64,000 bases of DNA from Vitrella brassicaformis CCMP3155 (lineage: Eukaryota > Protista > Chromerida), in NCBI GenBank assembly GCA_001179505.1, contig CDMY01000477.1:298602-362601 (forward strand), read 5' to 3'. Numbering within the stretch: the stretch's first letter is position 1; each line of letters begins with the position of its first letter. Of the stretch, positions 56,351 to 64,000 are shown piece by piece. The notes below the pieces were generated by a model, which ran no database searches, was not told the DNA's origin, and saw nothing but the letters and a program-made list of their open reading frames with translations. The translations under genes were made by a program, and so were the position numbers.

Positions 56351-56759
56351 GCGCATCAATGCCTTGAATGCCATCCATCCATCCATCCATATGCACAAAC
56401 ATTGCTGTCTGTCGCGTGTAGGGAAAGACTCCATGGGATTGTGCTTTGGGCCACCCGCGCATTAGGCAGCTGATGAGGAAGTACAGATAATAGATAGGTG
56501 CAGGCAGGCAGGCCAGCAGACAGACAGACGCCTGTAATGGATAATATCAGTTTCTGGGCGTTAGTTAGATGAGACTTTTGGGACAGATCCAATCAATGCA
56601 TGGATGTCTGTCTGTCTTCCGCGGAACACAGAACTGGACACCTCGATTCAAGCCGAACTGGACCGAATCTCTGGCCAGAGTCGATGTCTTCTCTGTCTGT
56701 CCGTGTGTTTGTCTGTCCGTGTGTCTGTCTGTGCGACAGCAAGGGAAAGGAGAGAGAGA

Positions 56760-58400
56760 GAGACACGCACAGCCCGACAATACACAGCACACATGATGTG
56801 TCTCCTGCTTTGGCCTTTGTTTGTTCTCCTCCCTCCTACCTACTTACTTGTCCCTCAACCAGGCCTGATTGAAAGACACATAAGCCCGTCGCTGAAAGGA
56901 GAGAGAGACACAGACGAGAGAGGGCGTGCAGTGCGGATGGGATGGGATGGGTGTGTCTGTGCGTGTGTTGTGGGACGAATCGGTGCAGCCTACCTGTGTG
57001 CATGTCGAGGCGGCAGATTCTACGCGCCCTAGGTATGCGGGGCCGAGTGAGACAGTGCCATGTGCAGAAAGGGGATCGATGTCATGGATACAATTTGACC
57101 GATGGACTGACTCATGCAGTACATGTACATGTAATTGTCTTGTGCATGAGCAGTCTTGATCCTTCACAACACACACACACAAACACGGGCATATGCTCTT
57201 CATTCAAGCGTGCAATGAACACAGTTGACGTCACATGACGGGACGGCACATCGCCTGTCTCTCTCTCTCTCCCTCTCTCTCCCTCTCTCTGCTTGAAAAC
57301 GACGATTGGCACTATCTGTCTGGTTTTCTTCGCATTCAGATCTCATCCTCCTTCCGCCACACCTTGCCCCCCAGCTGATCTCCCAGCACTCTTATCACCA
57401 CAGTGCGCGTCTGGTCGTGGGGGGCCGACTCGGTCGTGGAGATCTCCACATGTCGTCCATTCGTCCGTGTCAGGCGAATGACTGCCATGTGCCCCTCGCC
57501 CATCACCTCACTGCCCACCACCACCAGCCGGCAATGCCATCCGTCCTCCCTCCTTTTGTCGAATACGGCCGCCCCCCACTGTGCCGCGTCGCTGTGAGAG
57601 GCCGCCAGCCGATCACCCGCACGGAAGTACGCGGCAAAAGCACGACAGTAAGACCACCAGTATCTGATGCGACGAATGTGGTTCCCTTCATCAAGCCAGT
57701 CGAACACCAGGAAGGCCACCATGGACGTGTAGTTGGGGTACGTGTAGCCATTCAGCTGTGTGGGCGGGTCGGCGGGGTCGAATGGTGCATGAGGGAAATA
57801 GGGGCTGGCAGAGTCGAGGAGGGTGGGGAGCTGATAGCCATACCAGCGGCGGAGAATCGAGTTTCCGTCCATCAGCTGTCGCTGTTGGTCTCCCTGATTG
57901 ACAGTGACCCCGCAGCTGAGTATCCTCCACTGGCGGACCGCCTCCGTCTCACTCATGAAGGCCGCCCGGCTGCCGAAGACGCCGAAGTTGTCATCCCCCA
58001 GCACCAGTGGCATCTTGCCTCTCAGCAGATACAGCATCTCCACCACTGGTTTCCATCTGGCCCAGCTGCGGCCCCTCTCCATCATCCACAGCCGGCGGCT
58101 GAGCTGTTCGATGAGTGCCGTAATGCGGCAGCCGTGGCTGAGTGCCTCAGGGAGCGGCAGCTGTGGGATGGGCACCTCCACCAACACACCGAGGCCGAGG
58201 GGCGCCGCCACAATAGGCAGCAGACGCTGCAGCATGGGCAGCAGGGCGGTGGGGGTGAGGGCGGTATGGCGGCTCTTGTCGATGCGGCGGAAGGCACACA
58301 AGTCGGCATGGCTGCTGAGGCACTGGGCGATGGCCGCCGTCACCTCAGCAGGGAGGGCAGCGAACGGAACGCCCTCTCTCTGACCGCCACCTGTGACCAT
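56760..58400. repeat. Segmental duplication unit (paralog at ~60910-62600), covering gene and 3' flank
   Basis: Flank strings TGTCTCCTGCTTTGG.CTTTGTTTGTTC.CCTCCCTCCTA.CTACTTACTTGTCCCTCAACCAGGCC and AAGCCCGTCGCTGAA recur at 60.95-61.04 kb, and the coding parts are highly similar. Confidence 0.9.
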
Positions 58401-58415
58401 TACAGACACACACAC
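57336..58415 (-). CDS. Lineage-specific F-box-like family protein (main exon; upstream exons unresolved)
   Basis: 359-aa ORF: [33 protein letters not shown] (F-box-like), [60 protein letters not shown]-type C-terminal motif. Confidence 0.8.
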   Translation of the reverse strand: MCVSVMVTGGGQREGVPFAALPAEVTAAIAQCLSSHADLCAFRRIDKSRHTALTPTALLPMLQRLLPIVAAPLGLGVLVEVPIPQLPLPEALSHGCRITALIEQLSRRLWMMERGRSWARWKPVVEMLYLLRGKMPLVLGDDNFGVFGSRAAFMSETEAVRQWRILSCGVTVNQGDQQRQLMDGNSILRRWYGYQLPTLLDSASPYFPHAPFDPADPPTQLNGYTYPNYTSMVAFLVFDWLDEGNHIRRIRYWWSYCRAFAAYFRAGDRLAASHSDAAQWGAAVFDKRREDGWHCRLVVVGSEVMGEGHMAVIRLTRTNGRHVEISTTESAPHDQTRTVVIRVLGDQLGGKVWRKEDEI

Positions 58416-58938
58416 AGAACTACAGGTGTATCATTGTGCCTTTCTGCAGCGAACATGTTGGGTTACCATTGGCAGCGGCCGACTCGAGTGACGATGACGT
58501 GGTAGAAGCGCCAGCCCCATCAGGAGCACCAGCCGATGTCTGCAATCAACGCCGACGGACAGGCGTCAGTTGTGCATGTGGTGGTTCTTCCCTTGCTTGC
58601 CTCACCGTGAACAGCCCTGTCAGCCATCGCCAGGCACTGGACATGCCGGCGACACTCACGATTGAGGACAGCAGTCCTTGAGAGACAGATCTGCCACAAA
58701 CACACAGATATCACACAGACTGTCATCCCTTACGGCCCCGCCACCTCCTGCATGCCCTCTCTCACCTCAATTCGTCAGATCAGCATAAGTCAGAACTACT
58801 CTTCAAGCTCGCAGGTGAGAGGAGGCCCTCTCTCCGCTCCGCATCGTCTCTCAATCAGGTGTCGTTTTCGTTACCTAAAGCCAGCGTGTTTGCCGAGTCC
58901 AGAAGTGAAGACGCGTGCTGTGGCTGCTGTGAGGAAAG

Positions 58939-59782
58939 ATGGTGTCATCTGTGTGCGTGTTGAGCCTCCTGGCTGCTGTCCTCATGCCGCTGCCGTCTGC
59001 TGTGCTGGCCCAGACTTCAATAACGCAAGCGGGGGTAAGTACAGGTCTACTCAGTACCGATAGGATCACGATGTGCCACCCGTCTGATGTTTCCCATCTT
59101 GTCCGATGTGCATGCTGATGTTTCGTCCTGTGTGCTGTTTGCACATGCAGACCGTTTCGCGCGTCACGCCAGGCTCTCTCAACCACCTCCTTGTGCTCGG
59201 TGTTATGAACGGGGATAGGAGCCTTTCGCTGTCTGTGCAGGTACAACAGACAGATGGCGCAACACACGCATGCATCATGCATGTGTGTGGGTCATGTGGT
59301 TTATGCCATTCAGAACCTCGGCCCGGGCAGCGTTTTTCTACAGACCGTCGATGAGAACGACAACACTGTCTCATCTGCGACCATCGCAGAAGCTGACTCG
59401 CTCACCAGTCGAGCGCTTCGGCGCGAGCAATGAGCTGACCTTCATCCTCGCGGCCGAGAATGGGACAGAAGTGTTCCGACAGACAGTCAACGATCTGACG
59501 TACACCCTCGCCGCTGAAGCCGACGACAGGTCGACGCTGAACATCAAGCTGACGACGAAGAACGTCGTACATCTAACTCTCGGCAACCCCCTGCCCTTCG
59601 ACCTTGTGGCAACCATGGAACGCCAGGGCGAGCAAGTGGATGCCTCTGAGGCAGTGATTCCGCCGAGGGCCTGTCTCGCATCGGGTCGGCTGCAGCTGAC
59701 CTTCCAACAGCAGCTGGCTGAGGGGGATGACTTTTATGCATCCCTGAGGCCAAAGGACGAGAGCCATGGGACAGGCGTGTAG
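58939..59782 (+). CDS. Secreted hypothetical protein with an apparent frameshift near 59410
   Basis: Signal MVSSVCVLSLLAAVLMPLPSAVLA-QTSITQAG|TVSRVTPG...SVQ|NLGPGSVFLQTVDEND... joined by phase-0 GT-AG introns. That frame stops at ~59433 while an overlapping frame with good codon usage continues (..ERFGASNELTFILAAENG...) to 59782. Confidence 0.55.
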
Positions 59783-61459
59783 GGTTTGTGGCCCTCACAA
59801 ACTGTCCGCCGCCCCTAAGCAACGAAGACAGGAGACGGAGACTGAGGGCCATGGAGGGAATGGCCCTCAAGGGAATAGCCACGGTGAACGGCTGACCGCA
59901 CAAAGCGTGACGTGAGGCAACAATAGTGCTCACTACTTCCTCACTCACTCACTCACTCACTCACTTACAACACACGTTCTCTGCTCCTTTGTTCATCGTC
60001 GCTCTTTTTGATGTATGTTGAGTCATAAGAGGTGAGACGGAATCAGCGTCTTGCGAACCTCTGTCGTTCTGTGACCATACGTTCTTGGGCTTTTCGGTTT
60101 GTGTGTGTTTGTGGCATCGCATCGGTCTGGAACAATCTGCCCTGCTGTCTGTCCTGCCTCCCCATTCCCTGCATCTAGTGCATTCAGAATTCCTTAACTT
60201 ATACTGTGTGATTTTCGAGGTGGATCCAAGGCGCTCTCTGACTGCAATCAACCAACGATAATGAATGCCATTAATGCATCAGTCAGTCCGGCGCAGGGTC
60301 CGTCCACCACTGCACCACCCACTCCCACACCCACACAGTGAGTGTAGTGTAGTGTGTGTCGCGCGTCACGTGCCAGAAGTCAGTCACCAATCTATCTACA
60401 CACACAGGACTGAGACCTGTGCTTCAACCCGCCCTCACCAATCGGCCCGCCAAGCCCCCACCATGACATACACACACATTCTCTCTCACACGCACCACGC
60501 CTTAAGAATACTGCTGGGTGTGAGCAGCTTTGCTGGCTCACCCACGTAGCTTCCCACTCCCTGTACGACACAGTGCAGGCAGAGTGTCTTTACTTATACT
60601 GAATGGTTTTCGAGGCAGATCGCCAAGTGACTGCGTTTGGTTATCGATGGGTGGGTGGGTGCAGTGCGGCGGGTGAGTGGAAAGGTACACGCGGCTGCAT
60701 GAGGTCTGATCATAGTGTACGTCAGGCTGCGCCGTGTGGTTGATCGACTTAGGAGCATAAATGCACAGATGGCACTTAATCGAGTTAGTCTCCATTCGTT
60801 CACATCACACTCCCACAAAGCTAAGCCTGACGCTCATCCATCGGAACATCGCTTCGTGCGCAACTGCAGATGAAGAGAAGGTGAGAGAGAGACACACACA
60901 GTAAGTGCAACAATCCACTGCACAGCACACATGATGTGTGTCTCGATGTAGTGGAGTCTCCTGCTTTGGTCTTTGTTTGTTCCCCTCCCTCCTATCTACT
61001 TACTTGTCCCTCAACCAGGCCGCCCGCCTGATTGAGGGACACACAAGCCCGTCGCTGAAGAGAGAGAGAGACACAGACAGACAGACAGACAGACAGAGAG
61101 ACAGAGGGCGTGCAGTGCGGATGGGATGGGTGTGTGTGTCTGTGCGTGGGTTGTGGGACGGAGCGGTGCAGCCTACCTGTGTGTGTGTCGAGGCGGCAGG
61201 TTTTACGCGCCCTTTGCGGGTACTCTTAATAAAGCAGGCTGTGTGCAGAAGGGAGATCGATGTCATTGATACAGTTTGACCGATGGACTGACTCATACAG
61301 TAGTTGTCATGAGTACAACCAACCGCACACACATTTAGTCATGTGCATGAGCAGTCTTGATCACTTCACAACACACACACACACAGGCATACGCTGTTCA
61401 TGGAATGGACACAGTAGACGTCACATGACGGGACTGCACATCGCATGCAGGCATGTCTG

Positions 61460-61492
<33 letters not shown>

Positions 61493-61512
61493 GCTCAAAA
61501 ACGACGACGGCA

Positions 61513-63070
61513 CTATCTGCCCTCGTTCTCCTGCCGCCACACCTTGCCCCCCAGCTGATCCCCCAGCACTCTCATCACGACAGTGCGCGTCTGGGCGTGG
61601 GGGGACGGCTCGGTCGTGGAGATATCAACATGACGTCCACTCCCCCAATCGATGGGCCAATGCTCCGTCAGTCGAATGACTGCCATGTGCCCCTCGCCCA
61701 TCGCCTCACTCCCAAACACCACCAGCTGGCAATGCCATCCACTCTCCTTCTTTTCGTCGAATACCGTCGCCCCCCACTGTGCCGCATCGCTGAGAGGGGC
61801 CGCTAGCAGCTTACCCAAACGGAGGTACTCAGCAGAAGCACGACAGTAAGGCCACCAGGATCTGATGCGATTGATGTGGCGGCCGCAAAGAAGCCAGCGG
61901 AACAGCTCGAAGGCCACCATGGACGTGTAGTCGGGGTACGTCCATTGGTGCCGTTTTGTGTGTGGGTCGGCGGGGTCGAATGGTGCATGAGGGAAGAGCG
62001 GGCTGGCAGAGGCGAGGAGAGTGGGAAGGTAGTAGATCGTGTTGAGGTAAATCATGCCGTTGCCGTCCATCAGGGGTCTCTGTTGGTAACCAACAGTGAC
62101 CCCCCCGCTGAGTATCTTCCACTGGCGTACCGCCTCCGTCTCACTCATGAAGGCCGCCCGGCTGCCGAAGACGCCGAAGTTGTCATCCCCCAGCACCAGT
62201 GACCTCTTGCCTCTCAGCAGATACAGCATCTCCAGCACAGGTTTCCATCTGGCCCACTTGCCGCAACTCTCCATCATCCACAGCCGCCGGCTGAGCTGTT
62301 CGATGAGTGCCGTGATGCAGCAGCCGTGGCTGAGTGCCTCAGGGAGCGGCAGCTGGGGGATGACCCACACGACGAGAGAACCGAGGCCGACAGCGGAGGG
62401 CAGGAAGATCAAAAGACGCTGCATGATGGGCAGCAGGGCGGTGGGGGCGGTGAGGGCGCCATGGCGGCCCTTGTCGATGAGGCGGAAGGCACATACGTCG
62501 GCATAGCTGCTGAGGCACTCAGCGATGGCCGGCGTCACTTCAGCAGGGAGGGCGGCGAACGGAACGCCCTCTCGCTGACCGCCACCTATGGCCATTACAC
62601 ACAGACAGACACACACAGTAGGAACGCAAGCCAAGCTCGCAGACGACCTCCTCGAAACCACTCAAGCCGCCAGGGGAGAAACTTATCTAGGCTCTCGCGT
62701 AAAGGGTAGGTGGCCGCGTAAAGGTGACGAGCACAGATCGACCGCTCACCCATCTCCACAGCACAGCACTCTCTCAGATCAGTCACACGCACACATCAAA
62801 GGAAAGGCCAGACTGACTGACCGGTGCTGTTGTGTTGTGTGTGTAGGTTTGCTGCCTCTTCGGAGGTCTCTGACGAACACATTTCGCACTCGCCAGCGCC
62901 GACCTGGGTCTGGTGCCTGTCGAGCTACCGATGAAGGCCACTCGCACACACACACAAGGTCAGACAAGCCACACTGACGACGCCATGCGACTGAACAAAC
63001 ATGTCACCATTTTGCCATTTTTGACCGTGGCTCTGTCTTGCAGGGCATGGTTGATGGCCTTCCTGTGCTC
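61513..63070 (-). CDS. Lineage-specific F-box-like family protein (paralog of 57336-58415) with small N-terminal exons
   Basis: [33 protein letters not shown]...[29 protein letters not shown]...[12 protein letters not shown]...PFDPADP...YPDYTSM...[32 protein letters not shown]. Confidence 0.8.
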
Positions 63071-63420
63071 ATACACTGATAATAGAGGTACGCCTGGGTG
63101 GCTGGCTGGGTGGCTGGGTGGCTGGGTGGCTGGGTGGCTGGGTGGCTGGTTGGCTGGTTGGATGGATGGATGGATGGATGTTGTGCGGGCGTGTCTGCCA
63201 GGTTGAAGCAAAAAACGCGCGCGAAGCGCGCCAAGGGGGGTCCGGGGGGCGAAGCCCCTCCGAGTTCCGCCTCAAGAAGGCAAGATGGCAGTCAAAAAAC
63301 AGATGCCTTTTGGTGTCTGCTGCTGATGGCCATCGGTGGTTGTCGGCATCTGGTGACTGACTCGTGGTGATTAATCAATTGATGGCGTCTTGGCTGCCGT
63401 GGAGGTGTTCACCCAACATC

Positions 63421-64000
63421 ATGCGTGTGTTCGGCGTTAGTTGTCTTGTCCTGCTGCTTCAGCTTGGACCTCACCCCGCGCTTTGTTCGCCCTCCCTCCC
63501 CTCGTTTGTCCACCCGGCGCGCGTGCACGCTCTTCGTAGCCTGACGGGACGACCCTGTGCCACAGATGGCTGTGAGCACAGGACGCGGCTTGAGGCGACT
63601 CAGGCGCATCGGCTGGTGCGCTTCTTGCGGGGAATCGAGCTGCCAGCATTTGGCGACACCCTCCGGCTGCGAGAGTTTAAGTATGCCGCGAATCAGCGGC
63701 GGCCGTGTGTGACACTATGTATGTGTGTGTGTGTGTGCAGGCCTCACGTTCAGCGGGGATGTGCGCGAGAGCATCAAGGCGCTTGCAGAGGTCTATGCAT
63801 CTCGGCCCTTCAGTCACATCGAGGTCTCTGCCAAGGCACTTGAGCGGATCTGGCAGCAGTGCTGCAATGATGGAAGGTTCGAAGCCAAGCACCGACCGAC
63901 GAACGCATGCTCACCCTGCGGGTGCGTGTGTGTGTGCGTGTGGACTTTGCAGGGACTTCGCACAGTTCTACATCGACATGTGGAGTGAGATTGACAATGG
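63421..64000 (+). CDS. Partial hypothetical protein with signal peptide (possibly bipartite leader); runs off the window
   Basis: MRVFGVSCLVLLLQLGPHPALC-SPSLPSFVHPARVHALRS...REFK|...LTFSGDVRESIKALAEVYASRPFSHIEVSAKALERIWQQCCNDGRFEAKH with GT-AG introns. Confidence 0.55.

Overview
Eukaryotic, very intron-rich, GC-rich protist DNA whose short introns are full of (CA)n/(GA)n/(CT)n/(TG)n/(GGAT)n microsatellites. Bipartite plastid-targeting leaders, a class I fumarase and apple/PAN adhesin domains point to a chromerid alveolate, probably Vitrella-like (inference, not a database result). Genes reconstructed by hand across introns: DRG2 GTPase, a secreted CCxCC ependymin-like protein, a MYND-finger protein, a TTL-family ATP-grasp ligase, plastid-targeted ribosomal L33, a plastid-targeted carotenoid oxygenase, V-ATPase subunit A, a small N-myristoylated protein, a PLP class I aminotransferase, a GST-like protein, WDR3/Utp12, VDAC, and a 4xPAN + fucolectin adhesin. 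There are also four members of an F-box-like lineage-specific family, an ankyrin/Cdc25-rhodanese mosaic and several shuffled gene fragments (fumarase, WDR3 tail, ENKD1-like). The most unusual structures are: (1) a ~1 kb palindrome at 50.07-51.08 kb with a near-perfect 230 bp core overlapping the 3' end of the adhesin gene; (2) a recurring intron architecture with (CA)n/(GA)n at the 5' end and complementary (CT)n/(TG)n at the 3' end; (3) a 28.4-36.0 kb mosaic of captured, scrambled gene fragments. Exon boundaries are manual and approximate. Two N-gaps lie inside introns.
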